This document shows, one piece after another, positions 37,701 through 52,700 of a stretch of DNA of 64,000 bases. The translations under genes were made by a program, and so were the position numbers. Every line of letters starts with the position of its first letter. The first letter of the stretch is position 1. The stretch is from Eledone cirrhosa (lineage: Eukaryota), in assembly GCA_964016885.1 (NCBI GenBank), contig OZ024740.1, positions 3,224,001-3,288,000 of the forward strand, given 5' to 3'. Below the pieces are notes generated by a model, which made no database searches, was not told the origin of the DNA, and worked only from the letters and a program-made list of their open reading frames with translations.

Positions 37701-40700
37701 AAGTTGTACTAAACTATATAGATCAGACAATACAGGCAGTCCAAGTTGTACCAAACTACACAGGTCAGACAACACAGGCAGTCCAAGTTGTACCAAACTA
37801 TATAGATCAGACAATGCAGGCAGTCCAAGTTGTACCAAACTACACAGGTCAGACAATACAGGCAGTCCAAGTTGTACCAAACTACACAGGTCAGAAAATA
37901 CAGGCAGTCCAAGTTGTACCAAACTACACAGGTCAGAAAATACAGGCAGTCCAAGTTGTACCAAACTATATAGGTCAGACAACACAGGCAGTCCAAGTTG
38001 TACCAAACTATATAGATCAGACAACACAGGCAGTCCAAGTTGTACCAAACTATATAGATCAGACAACACAGGCAGTCCAAGTTGTACCAAACTATATAGA
38101 TCAGACAACACAGGCAGTCCAAGTTGTACCAAACTATATAGATCAGACAACACAGGCAGTCCAAGTTGTACCAAACTATATAGATCAGACAACACAGGCA
38201 GTCCAAGTTGTACCAAACTATATAGATCGGACAACACAGGCAGTCCAAGTTGTACCAAACTATATAGATCAGACAACACAGGCAGTCCAAGTTGTACCAA
38301 ACTATATAGATCAGACAACACAGGCAGTCCAAGTTGTACCAAACTATATAGATCAGACAACACAGGCAGTCCAAGTTGTACCAAACTATATAGATCAGAC
38401 AACACAGGCAGTCCAAGTTGTACCAAACTACATAGATCAGACAATACAGGCAGTCCAAGTTGTACCAAACTATATAGATCAGACAATACAGGCAGTCCAA
38501 GTTGTACCAAACTATATAGATCAGACAATACAGGCAGTCCAAGTTGTACCAAACTATATAGATCAGACAATACAGGCAGTCCAAGTTGTACCAAACTACA
38601 TAGATCAGACAACACAGGCAGTCCAAGTTGTACCAAACTATATAGATCAGACAGCACAGGCAGTCCAAGTTGTACCAAACTACATAGATCAGACAATACA
38701 GGCAGTCCAAGTTGTACCAAACTATATAGATCAGACAATACAGGCAGTCCAAGTTGTACCAAACTATATAGATCAGACAATACAGGCAGTCCAAGTTGTA
38801 CCAAACTATATAGATCAGACAATACAGGCAGTCCAAGTTGTACCAAACTACATAGATCAGACAACACAGGCAGTCCAAGTTGTACCAAACTACATAGATC
38901 AGACAACACAGGCAGTCCAAGTTGTACCAAACTACATAGATCAGACAATACAGGCAGTCCAAGTTGTACCAAACTACATAGATCAGACAACACAGGCAGT
39001 CCAAGTTGTACCAAACTACATAGATCAGACAATACAGGCAGTCCAAGTTGTACCAAACTATATAGATCAGACAACACAGGCAGTCCAAGTTGTACCAAAC
39101 TACATAGATCAGACAATACAGGCAGTCCAAGTTGAACCAAACTATATAGATCAGACAACACAGGCAGTCCAAGTTGTACCAAACTACATAGATCAGACAA
39201 TACAGGCAGTCCAAGTTGTACCAAACTACATAGCTCAGACAACACAGGCAGTCCAAGTTGTACCAAACTATATAGATCAGACAATACAGGCAGTCCAAGT
39301 TGTACCAAACTATATAGATCAGACAACACAGGCAGTCCAAGTTGTACCAAACTACATAGATCAGACAATACAGGCAGGCCAAGTTGTACCAAACTATATA
39401 GATCAGACAATACAGGCAGTCCAAGTTGTACCAAACTATATAGATCAGACAACACAGGCAGTCCAAGTTGTACCAAACTATATAGATCAGACAACACAGG
39501 CAGTCCAAGTTGTACCAAACTATATAGATTAGACAACACAGGCAGTCCACGTTGTACCAAACTATATAGATCAGACAACACAGGCAGTCCAAGTTGTACC
39601 AAACTATATAGATCAGACAAACAGGCAGTCTAAGTTGTACCAAACTACATAGATCAGACAACACAGGCAGTCCAAGTTGTACCAAACTATATAGACCAGA
39701 CAACACAGGCAGTCCAAGTTGTACCAAACTACATAGATCAGACAATACAGGCAGTCCAAGTTGTACCAAACTACATAGATCAGACAACACAGGCAGTCCA
39801 AGTTGTACCAAACTACATAGATCAGACAATACAGGGAGTCCAAGTTGTACCAAACTATATAGATCAGACAACACAGGCAGTGCAAGTTGTACCAAACTAC
39901 ATAGATCAGACAATACAGGCAGTCCAAGTTGTACCAAACTATATAGATCAGACAACACAGGCAGTCCAAGTTGTACCAAACTACATAGGTCAGACAACAC
40001 AGGCAGTCCAAGTTGTACCAAACTATATAGATCAGACAATACAGGCAGTCCAAGTTGTACCAAACTATATAGATCAGACAACACAGGCAGTCCAAGTTGT
40101 ACCAAACTACATAGATCAGACAATACAGGCAGGCCAAGTTGTACCAAACTATATAGATCAGACAATACAGGCAGTCCAAGTTGTACCAAACTATATAGAT
40201 CAGACAACACAGGCAGTCCAAGTTGTACCAAACTATATAGATCAGACAACACAGGCAGTCCAAGTTGTACCAAACTATATAGATTAGACAACACAGGCAG
40301 TCCAAGTTGTACCAAACTATATAGATCAGACAACACAGGCAGTCCAAGTTGTACCAAACTATATAGATCAGACAAACAGGCAGTCTAAGTTGTACCAAAC
40401 TACATAGATCAGACAACACAGGCAGTCCAAGTTGTACCAAACTATATAGACCAGACAACACAGGCAGTCCAAGTTGTACCAAACTACATAGATCAGACAA
40501 TACAGGCAGTCCAAGTTGTACCAAACTACATAGATCAGACAACACAGGCAGTCCAAGTTGTACCAAACTACATAGATCAGACAATACAGGGAGTCCAAGT
40601 TGTACCAAACTATATAGATCAGACAACACAGGCAGTCCAAGTTGTACCAAACTACATAGATCAGACAATACAGGCAGTCCAAGTTGTACCAAACTATATA

Positions 40701-43700
40701 GATCAGACAACACAGGCAGTCCAAGTTGTACCAAACTACATAGATCAGACAATACAGGCAGTCCAAGTTGTACCAAACTACATAGGTCAGACAACACAGG
40801 CAGTCCAAGTTGTACCAAACTATATAGATCAGACAACACAGGCAGTCCAAGTTGTACCAAACTATATAGATCAGACAACACAGGCAGTCCAAGTTGTACC
40901 AAACTATATAGATCAGACAACACAGGCAGTCCAAGTTGTACCAAACTATATAGATCAGACAACACAGACAGTCCAAGTTGTACCAAACTATATAGATCAG
41001 ACAACACAGGCAGTCCAATTTGTACCAAACTACATAGATCAGACAATACAGGCAGTCCAAGTTGTACCAAACTATATAGATCAGACAACACAGGCAGTCC
41101 AAGTTGTACCAAACTATATAGATCAGACAACACAGGCAGTCCAAGTTGTACCAAACTATATAGATCAGACAACACAGGCAGTCCAAGTTGTACCAAACTA
41201 TATAGATCAGACAATACAGGCAGTCCAAGTTGTACCAAACTATATAGATCAGACAATACAGGCAGTCCAAGTTGTACCAAACTACATAGATCAGACAACA
41301 CAGGCAGTCCAAGTTGTACCAAACTATATAGATCAGACAACACAGGCAGTCCAAGTTGTACCAAACTACATAGATCAGACAATACAGGCAGTCCAAGTTG
41401 TACCAAACTACATAGATCAGACAATACAGGCAGTCCAAGTTGTACCAAACTATATAGATCAGACAACACAGGCAGTCCAAGTTGTACCAAACTACATAGA
41501 TCAGACAATACAGGCAGTCCAAGTTGTACCAAACTATATAGATCAGACAACACAGGCAGTCCAAGTTGTCCAAACTACATAGATCAGACAATACAGGCAG
41601 TCCAAGTTGTACCAAACTACATAGGTCAGACAACACAGGCAGTCCAAGTTGTACCAAACTATATAGATCAGACAACACAGGCAGTCCAAGTTGTACCAAA
41701 CTATATAGATCAGACAACACAGGCAGTCCAAGTTGTGCCAAACTATATAGATCAGACAACACAGGCAGTCCAAGTTGTACCAAACTACATAGATCAGACA
41801 ACACAGGCAGTCCAAGTTGTACCAAACTACACAGGTCAGACAATACAGGCAGTCCAAGTTGTACCAAACTACATAGATCAGACAACACAGGCAGTCCAAG
41901 TTGTACCAAACTACACAGGTCAGACAATACAGGCAGTCCAAGTTGTACCAAACTACATAGATCAGACAACACAGGCAGTCCAAGTTGTACCAAACTACAT
42001 AGGTCAGACAATACAGGCAGTCCAAGTTGTACCAAACTACATAGATCAGACAATACAGGCAGTCCAAGTTGTACCAAACTACACAGGTCAGACATTACAG
42101 GCAGTCCAAGTTGTACCAAACTACACAGGTCAGACATTACAGGCAGTCCAAGTTGTACCAAACTACATAGATCAGACAACACAGGCAGTCCAAGTTGTAC
42201 CAAACTACATAGATCAGACAATACAGGCAGTCCAAGTTGTACCAAACTACATAGGTCAGACAATACAGGCAGTCCAAGTTGTACCAAACTACATAGATCA
42301 GACAATACAGGCAGTCCAAGTTGTACCAAACTACATAGATCAGACAATACAGGCAGTCCAAGTTGTACTAAACTATATAGATCAGACAATACAGGCAGTC
42401 CAAGTTGTACCAAACTACACAGGTCAGACAACACAGGCAGTCCAAGTTGTACCAAACTATATAGATCAGACAATGCAGGCAGTCCAAGTTGTACCAAACT
42501 ACACAGGTCAGACAATACAGGCAGTCCAAGTTGTACCAAACTACACAGGTCAGAAAATACAGGCAGTCCAAGTTGTACCAAACTACACAGGTCAGAAAAT
42601 ACAGGCAGTCCAAGTTGTACCAAACTATATAGGTCAGACAACACAGGCAGTCCAAGTTGTACCAAACTATATAGATCAGACAACACAGGCAGTCCAAGTT
42701 GTACCAAACTATATAGATCAGACAACACAGGCAGTCCAAGTTGTACCAAACTATATAGATCAGACAACACAGGCAGTCCAAGTTGTACCAAACTATATAG
42801 ATCAGACAACACAGGCAGTCCAAGTTGTACCAAACTATATAGATCAGACAACACAGGCAGTCCAAGTTGTACCAAACTATATAGATCGGACAACACAGGC
42901 AGTCCAAGTTGTACCAAACTATATAGATCAGACAACACAGGCAGTCCAAGTTGTACCAAACTATATAGATCAGACAACACAGGCAGTCCAAGTTGTACCA
43001 AACTATATAGATCAGACAACACAGGCAGTCCAAGTTGTACCAAACTATATAGATCAGACAACACAGGCAGTCCAAGTTGTACCAAACTACATAGATCAGA
43101 CAATACAGGCAGTCCAAGTTGTACCAAACTATATAGATCAGACAATACAGGCAGTCCAAGTTGTACCAAACTATATAGATCAGACAATACAGGCAGTCCA
43201 AGTTGTACCAAACTATATAGATCAGACAATACAGGCAGTCCAAGTTGTACCAAACTACATAGATCAGACAACACAGGCAGTCCAAGTTGTACCAAACTAT
43301 ATAGATCAGACAGCACAGGCAGTCCAAGTTGTACCAAACTACATAGATCAGACAATACAGGCAGTCCAAGTTGTACCAAACTATATAGATCAGACAATAC
43401 AGGCAGTCCAAGTTGTACCAAACTATATAGATCAGACAATACAGGCAGTCCAAGTTGTACCAAACTATATAGATCAGACAATACAGGCAGTCCAAGTTGT
43501 ACCAAACTACATAGATCAGACAACACAGGCAGTCCAAGTTGTACCAAACTACATAGATCAGACAACACAGGCAGTCCAAGTTGTACCAAACTACATAGAT
43601 CAGACAATACAGGCAGTCCAAGTTGTACCAAACTACATAGATCAGACAACACAGGCAGTCCAAGTTGTACCAAACTACATAGATCAGACAATACAGGCAG

Positions 43701-46700
43701 TCCAAGTTGTACCAAACTATATAGATCAGACAACACAGGCAGTCCAAGTTGTACCAAACTACATAGATCAGACAATACAGGCAGTCCAAGTTGAACCAAA
43801 CTATATAGATCAGACAACACAGGCAGTCCAAGTTGTACCAAACTACATAGATCAGACAATACAGGCAGTCCAAGTTGTACCAAACTACATAGCTCAGACA
43901 ACACAGGCAGTCCAAGTTGTACCAAACTATATAGATCAGACAATACAGGCAGTCCAAGTTGTACCAAACTATATAGATCAGACAACACAGGCAGTCCAAG
44001 TTGTACCAAACTACATAGATCAGACAATACAGGCAGGCCAAGTTGTACCAAACTATATAGATCAGACAATACAGGCAGTCCAAGTTGTACCAAACTATAT
44101 AGATCAGACAACACAGGCAGTCCAAGTTGTACCAAACTATATAGATCAGACAACACAGGCAGTCCAAGTTGTACCAAACTATATAGATTAGACAACACAG
44201 GCAGTCCACGTTGTACCAAACTATATAGATCAGACAACACAGGCAGTCCAAGTTGTACCAAACTATATAGATCAGACAAACAGGCAGTCTAAGTTGTACC
44301 AAACTACATAGATCAGACAACACAGGCAGTCCAAGTTGTACCAAACTATATAGACCAGACAACACAGGCAGTCCAAGTTGTACCAAACTACATAGATCAG
44401 ACAATACAGGCAGTCCAAGTTGTACCAAACTACATAGATCAGACAACACAGGCAGTCCAAGTTGTACCAAACTACATAGATCAGACAATACAGGGAGTCC
44501 AAGTTGTACCAAACTATATAGATCAGACAACACAGGCAGTGCAAGTTGTACCAAACTACATAGATCAGACAATACAGGCAGTCCAAGTTGTACCAAACTA
44601 TATAGATCAGACAACACAGGCAGTCCAAGTTGTACCAAACTACATAGGTCAGACAACACAGGCAGTCCAAGTTGTACCAAACTATATAGATCAGACAATA
44701 CAGGCAGTCCAAGTTGTACCAAACTATATAGATCAGACAACACAGGCAGTCCAAGTTGTACCAAACTACATAGATCAGACAATACAGGCAGGCCAAGTTG
44801 TACCAAACTATATAGATCAGACAATACAGGCAGTCCAAGTTGTACCAAACTATATAGATCAGACAACACAGGCAGTCCAAGTTGTACCAAACTATATAGA
44901 TCAGACAACACAGGCAGTCCAAGTTGTACCAAACTATATAGATTAGACAACACAGGCAGTCCAAGTTGTACCAAACTATATAGATCAGACAACACAGGCA
45001 GTCCAAGTTGTACCAAACTATATAGATCAGACAAACAGGCAGTCTAAGTTGTACCAAACTACATAGATCAGACAACACAGGCAGTCCAAGTTGTACCAAA
45101 CTATATAGACCAGACAACACAGGCAGTCCAAGTTGTACCAAACTACATAGATCAGACAATACAGGCAGTCCAAGTTGTACCAAACTACATAGATCAGACA
45201 ACACAGGCAGTCCAAGTTGTACCAAACTACATAGATCAGACAATACAGGGAGTCCAAGTTGTACCAAACTATATAGATCAGACAACACAGGCAGTCCAAG
45301 TTGTACCAAACTACATAGATCAGACAATACAGGCAGTCCAAGTTGTACCAAACTATATAGATCAGACAACACAGGCAGTCCAAGTTGTACCAAACTACAT
45401 AGATCAGACAATACAGGCAGTCCAAGTTGTACCAAACTACATAGGTCAGACAACACAGGCAGTCCAAGTTGTACCAAACTACATAGATCAGACAACACAG
45501 GCAGTCCAAGTTGTACCAAACTATATAGATCAGACAACACAGGCAGTCCAAGTTGTACCAAACTATATAGATCAGACAACACAGGCAGTCCAAGTTGTAC
45601 CAAACTATATAGATCAGACAACACAGACAGTCCAAGTTGTACCAAACTATATAGATCAGACAACACAGGCAGTCCAATTTGTACCAAACTACATAGATCA
45701 GACAATACAGGCAGTCCAAGTTGTACCAAACTATATAGATCAGACAACACAGGCAGTCCAAGTTGTACCAAACTATATAGATCAGACAACACAGGCAGTC
45801 CAAGTTGTACCAAACTATATAGATCAGACAACACAGGCAGTCCAAGTTGTACCAAACTATATAGATCAGACAATACAGGCAGTCCAAGTTGTACCAAACT
45901 ATATAGATCAGACAATACAGGCAGTCCAAGTTGTACCAAACTACATAGATCAGACAACACAGGCAGTCCAAGTTGTACCAAACTATATAGATCAGACAAC
46001 ACAGGCAGTCCAAGTTGTACCAAACTACATAGATCAGACAATACAGGCAGTCCAAGTTGTACCAAACTACATAGATCAGACAATACAGGCAGTCCAAGTT
46101 GTACCAAACTATATAGATCAGACAACACAGGCAGTCCAAGTTGTACCAAACTACATAGATCAGACAATACAGGCAGTCCAAGTTGTACCAAACTATATAG
46201 ATCAGACAACACAGGCAGTCCAAGTTGTCCAAACTACATAGATCAGACAATACAGGCAGTCCAAGTTGTACCAAACTACATAGGTCAGACAACACAGGCA
46301 GTCCAAGTTGTACCAAACTATATAGATCAGACAACACAGGCAGTCCAAGTTGTACCAAACTATATAGATCAGACAACACAGGCAGTCCAAGTTGTGCCAA
46401 ACTATATAGATCAGACAACACAGGCAGTCCAAGTTGTACCAAACTACATAGATCAGACAACACAGGCAGTCCAAGTTGTACCAAACTACACAGGTCAGAC
46501 AATACAGGCAGTCCAAGTTGTACCAAACTACATAGATCAGACAACACAGGCAGTCCAAGTTGTACCAAACTACACAGGTCAGACAATACAGGCAGTCCAA
46601 GTTGTACCAAACTACATAGATCAGACAACACAGGCAGTCCAAGTTGTACCAAACTACATAGGTCAGACAATACAGGCAGTCCAAGTTGTACCAAACTACA

Positions 46701-49700
46701 TAGATCAGACAATACAGGCAGTCCAAGTTGTACCAAACTACACAGGTCAGACATTACAGGCAGTCCAAGTTGTACCAAACTACATAGATCAGACAATACA
46801 GGCAGTCCAAGTTGTACCAAACTATATAGATCAGACAATACAGGCAGTCCAAGTTGTACCAAACTACATAGGTCAGACAATACAGGCAGTCCAAGTTGTA
46901 CCAAACTAGATAGATCAGACAATACAGGCAGTCCAAGTTGTACCAAACTACACAGGTCAGACATTACAGGCAGTCCAAGTTGTACCAAACTACACAGGTC
47001 AGACATTACAGGCAGTCCAAGTTGTACCAAACTACATAGATCAGACAACACAGGCAGTCCAAGTTGTACCAAACTACATAGATCAGACAATACAGGCAGT
47101 CCAAGTTGTACCAAACTACATAGGTCAGACAATACAGGCAGTCCAAGTTGTACCAAACTACATAGATCAGACAATACAGGCAGTCCAAGTTGTACCAAAC
47201 TACATAGATCAGACAATACAGGCAGTCCAAGTTGTACTAAACTATATAGATCAGACAATACAGGCAGTCCAAGTTGTACCAAACTACACAGGTCAGACAA
47301 CACAGGCAGTCCAAGTTGTACCAAACTATATAGATCAGACAATGCAGGCAGTCCAAGTTGTACCAAACTACACAGGTCAGACAATACAGGCAGTCCAAGT
47401 TGTACCAAACTACACAGGTCAGAAAATACAGGCAGTCCAAGTTGTACCAAACTACACAGGTCAGAAAATACAGGCAGTCCAAGTTGTACCAAACTATATA
47501 GGTCAGACAACACAGGCAGTCCAAGTTGTACCAAACTATATAGATCAGACAACACAGGCAGTCCAAGTTGTACCAAACTATATAGATCAGACAACACAGG
47601 CAGTCCAAGTTGTACCAAACTATATAGATCAGACAACACAGGCAGTCCAAGTTGTACCAAACTATATAGATCAGACAACACAGGCAGTCCAAGTTGTACC
47701 AAACTATATAGATCAGACAACACAGGCAGTCCAAGTTGTACCAAACTATATAGATCGGACAACACAGGCAGTCCAAGTTGTACCAAACTATATAGATCAG
47801 ACAACACAGGCAGTCCAAGTTGTACCAAACTATATAGATCAGACAACACAGGCAGTCCAAGTTGTACCAAACTATATAGATCAGACAACACAGGCAGTCC
47901 AAGTTGTACCAAACTATATAGATCAGACAACACAGGCAGTCCAAGTTGTACCAAACTACATAGATCAGACAATACAGGCAGTCCAAGTTGTACCAAACTA
48001 TATAGATCAGACAATACAGGCAGTCCAAGTTGTACCAAACTATATAGATCAGACAATACAGGCAGTCCAAGTTGTACCAAACTATATAGATCAGACAATA
48101 CAGGCAGTCCAAGTTGTACCAAACTACATAGATCAGACAACACAGGCAGTCCAAGTTGTACCAAACTATATAGATCAGACAGCACAGGCAGTCCAAGTTG
48201 TACCAAACTACATAGATCAGACAATACAGGCAGTCCAAGTTGTACCAAACTACACAGGTCAGAAAATACAGGCAGTCCAAGTTGTACCAAACTACACAGG
48301 TCAGAAAATACAGGCAGTCCAAGTTGTACCAAACTATATAGATCAGACAATACAGGCAGTCCAAGTTGTACCAAACTATATAGATCAGACAATACAGGCA
48401 GTCCAAGTTGTACCAAACTATATAGATCAGACAATACAGGCAGTCCAAGTTGTACCAAACTACATAGATCAGACAACACAGGCAGTCCAAGTTGTACCAA
48501 ACTATATAGATCAGACAACACAGGCAGTCCAACTTGTACCAAACTACATAGATCAGACAATACAGGCAGTCCAAGTTGTACCAAACTACATAGATCAGAC
48601 AACACAGGCAGTCCAAGTTGTACCAAACTATATAGATCATACAACACAGGCAGTCCAAGTTGTACCAAACTATATAGATCAGACAACACAGGCAGTCCAA
48701 GTTGTACCAAACTATATAGATCAGACAGCACAGGCAGTCCAAGTTGTACCAAACTATATAGATCAGACAACACAGGCAGTCCAAGTTGTACCAAACTATA
48801 TAGATCAGACAACACAGGCAGTCCAAGTTGTACCAAACTATATAGATCAGACAACACAGGCAGTCCAAGTTGTACCAAACTATATAGATCAGACAACACA
48901 GGCAGTCCAAGTTGTACCAAACTATATAGATCAGACAACACAGGCAGTCCAAGTTGTACCAAACTATATAGATCAGACAACACAGGCAGTCCAAGTTGTA
49001 CCAAACTATATAGATCAGACAACACAGGCAGTCCAAGTTGTACCAAACTACATAGATCAGACAACACAGGCAGTCCAAGTTGTACCAAACTACATAGATC
49101 AGACAACACAGGCAGTCCAAGTTGTACCAAACTACATAGATCAGACAATACAGGCAGTCCAAGTTGTACCAAACTACATAGATCAGACAACACAGGCAGT
49201 CCAAGTTGTACCAAACTACATAGATCAGACAATACAGGCAGTCCAAGTTGTACCAAACTATATAGATCAGACAACACAGGCAGTCCAAGTTGTACCAAAC
49301 TACATAGATCAGACAATACAGGCAGTCCAAGTTGAACCAAACTATATAGATCAGACAACACAGGCAGTCCAAGTTGTACCAAACTACATAGATCAGACAA
49401 TACAGGCAGTCCAAGTTGTACCAAACTACATAGCTCAGACAACACAGGCAGTCCAAGTTGTACCAAACTATATAGATCAGACAATACAGGCAGTCCAAGT
49501 TGTACCAAACTATATAGATCAGACAACACAGGCAGTCCAAGTTGTACCAAACTACATAGATCAGACAATACAGGCAGGCCAAGTTGTACCAAACTATATA
49601 GATCAGACAATACAGGCAGTCCAAGTTGTACCAAACTATATAGATCAGACAACACAGGCAGTCCAAGTTGTACCAAACTATATAGATCAGACAACACAGG

Positions 49701-52700
49701 CAGTCCAAGTTGTACCAAACTATATAGATTAGACAACACAGGCAGTCCAAGTTGTACCAAACTATATAGATCAGACAACACAGGCAGTCCAAGTTGTACC
49801 AAACTACACAGGTCAGACAATACAGGCAGTCCAAGTTGTACCAAACTATATAGATCAGACAATACAGGCAGTCCAAGTTGTACCAAACTATATAGATCAG
49901 ACAATACAGGCAGTCCAAGTTGTACCAAACTATATAGATCAGACAATACAGGCAGTCCAAGTTGTACCAAACTACATAGATCAGACAACACAGGCAGTCC
50001 AAGTTGTACCAAACTATATAGATCAGACAACACAGGCAGTCCAACTTGTACCAAACTTCATAGATCAGACAATACAGGCAGTCCAAGTTGTACCAAACTA
50101 CATAGATCAGACAACACAGGCAGTCCAAGTTGTACCAAACTATATAGATCATACAACACAGGCAGTCCAAGTTGTACCAAACTATATAGATCAGACAACA
50201 CAGGCAGTCCAAGTTGTACCAAACTATATAGATCAGACAACACAGGCAGTCCAAGTTGTACCAAACTATATAGATCAGACAATACAGGCAGTCCAAGTTG
50301 TACCAAACTATATAGATCAGACAACACAGGCAGTCCAAGTTGTACCAAACTATATAGATCAGACAACACAGGCAGTCCAAGTTGTACCAAACTATATAGA
50401 TCAGACAACACAGGCAGTCCAAGTTGTACCAAACTATATAGATCAGACAACACAGGCAGTCCAAGTTGTACCAAACTATATAGATCAGACAACACAGGCA
50501 GTCCAAGTTGTACCAAACTATATAGATCAGACAACACAGGCAGTCCAAGTTGTACCAAACTATATAGATCAGACAACACAGGCAGTCCAAGTTGTACCAA
50601 ACTACATAGATCAGACAACACAGGCAGTCCAAGTTGTACCAAACTACATAGATCAGACAATACAGGCAGTCCAAGTTGTACCAAACTACATAGATCAGAC
50701 AACACAGGCAGTCCAAGTTGTACCAAACTACATAGATCAGACAATACAGGCAGTCCAAGTTGTACCAAACTATATAGATCAGACAACACAGGCAGTCCAA
50801 GTTGTACCAAACTACATAGATCAGACAATACAGGCAGTCCAAGTTGAACCAAACTATATAGATCAGACAACACAGGCAGTCCAAGTTGTACCAAACTACA
50901 TAGATCAGACAATACAGGCAGTCCAAGTTGTACCAAACTACATAGCTCAGACAACACAGGCAGTCCAAGTTGTACCAAACTATATAGATCAGACAATACA
51001 GGCAGTCCAAGTTGTACCAAACTATATAGATCAGACAACACAGGCAGTCCAAGTTGTACCAAACTACATAGATCAGACAATACAGGCAGGCCAAGTTGTA
51101 CCAAACTATATAGATCAGACAATACAGGCAGTCCAAGTTGTACCAAACTATATAGATCAGACAACACAGGCAGTCCAAGTTGTACCAAACTATATAGATC
51201 AGACAACACAGGCAGTCCAAGTTGTACCAAACTATATAGATTAGACAACACAGGCAGTCCAAGTTGTACCAAACTATATAGATCAGACAACACAGGCAGT
51301 CCAAGTTGTACCAAACTACACAGGTCAGACAATACAGGCAGTCCAAGTTGTACCAAACTACACAGGTCAGAAAATACAGGCAGTCCAAGTTGTACCAAAC
51401 TATATAGATCAGACAACACAGGCAGTCCAAGTTGTGCCAAACTATATAGATCAGACAACACAGGCAGTCCAAGTTGTACCAAACTACATAGATCAGACAA
51501 CACAGGCAGTCCAAGTTGTACCAAACTACACAGGTCAGACAATACAGGCAGTCCAAGTTGTACCAAACTACATAGATCAGACAACACAGGCAGTCCAAGT
51601 TGTACCAAACTACACAGGTCAGACAATACAGGCAGTCCAAGTTGTACCAAACTACATAGATCAGACAACACAGGCAGTCCAAGTTGTACCAAACTACATA
51701 GGTCAGACAATACAGGCAGTCCAAGTTGTACCAAACTACATAGATCAGACAATACAGGCAGTCCAAGTTGTACCAAACTACACAGGTCAGACATTACAGG
51801 CAGTCCAAGTTGTACCAAACTACATAGATCAGACAATACAGGCAGTCCAAGTTGTACCAAACTATATAGATCAGACAATACAGGCAGTCCAAGTTGTACC
51901 AAACTACATAGGTCAGACAATACAGGCAGTCCAAGTTGTACCAAACTAGATAGATCAGACAATACAGGCAGTCCAAGTTGTACCAAACTACACAGGTCAG
52001 ACATTACAGGCAGTCCAAGTTGTACCAAACTACACAGGTCAGACATTACAGGCAGTCCAAGTTGTACCAAACTACATAGATCAGACAACACAGGCAGTCC
52101 AAGTTGTACCAAACTACATAGATCAGACAATACAGGCAGTCCAAGTTGTACCAAACTACATAGGTCAGACAATACAGGCAGTCCAAGTTGTACCAAACTA
52201 CATAGATCAGACAATACAGGCAGTCCAAGTTGTACCAAACTACATAGATCAGACAATACAGGCAGTCCAAGTTGTACTAAACTATATAGATCAGACAATA
52301 CAGGCAGTCCAAGTTGTACCAATCTACACAGGTCAGACAACACAGGCAGTCCAAGTTGTACCAAACTATATAGATCAGACAATGCAGGCAGTCCAAGTTG
52401 TACCAAACTACACAGGTCAGACAATACAGGCAGTCCAAGTTGTACCAAACTACACAGGTCAGAAAATACAGGCAGTCCAAGTTGTACCAAACTACACAGG
52501 TCAGAAAATACAGGCAGTCCAAGTTGTACCAAACTATATAGGTCAGACAACACAGGCAGTCCAAGTTGTACCAAACTATATAGATCAGACAACACAGGCA
52601 GTCCAAGTTGTACCAAACTATATAGATCAGACAACACAGGCAGTCCAAGTTGTACCAAACTATATAGATCAGACAACACAGGCAGTCCAAGTTGTACCAA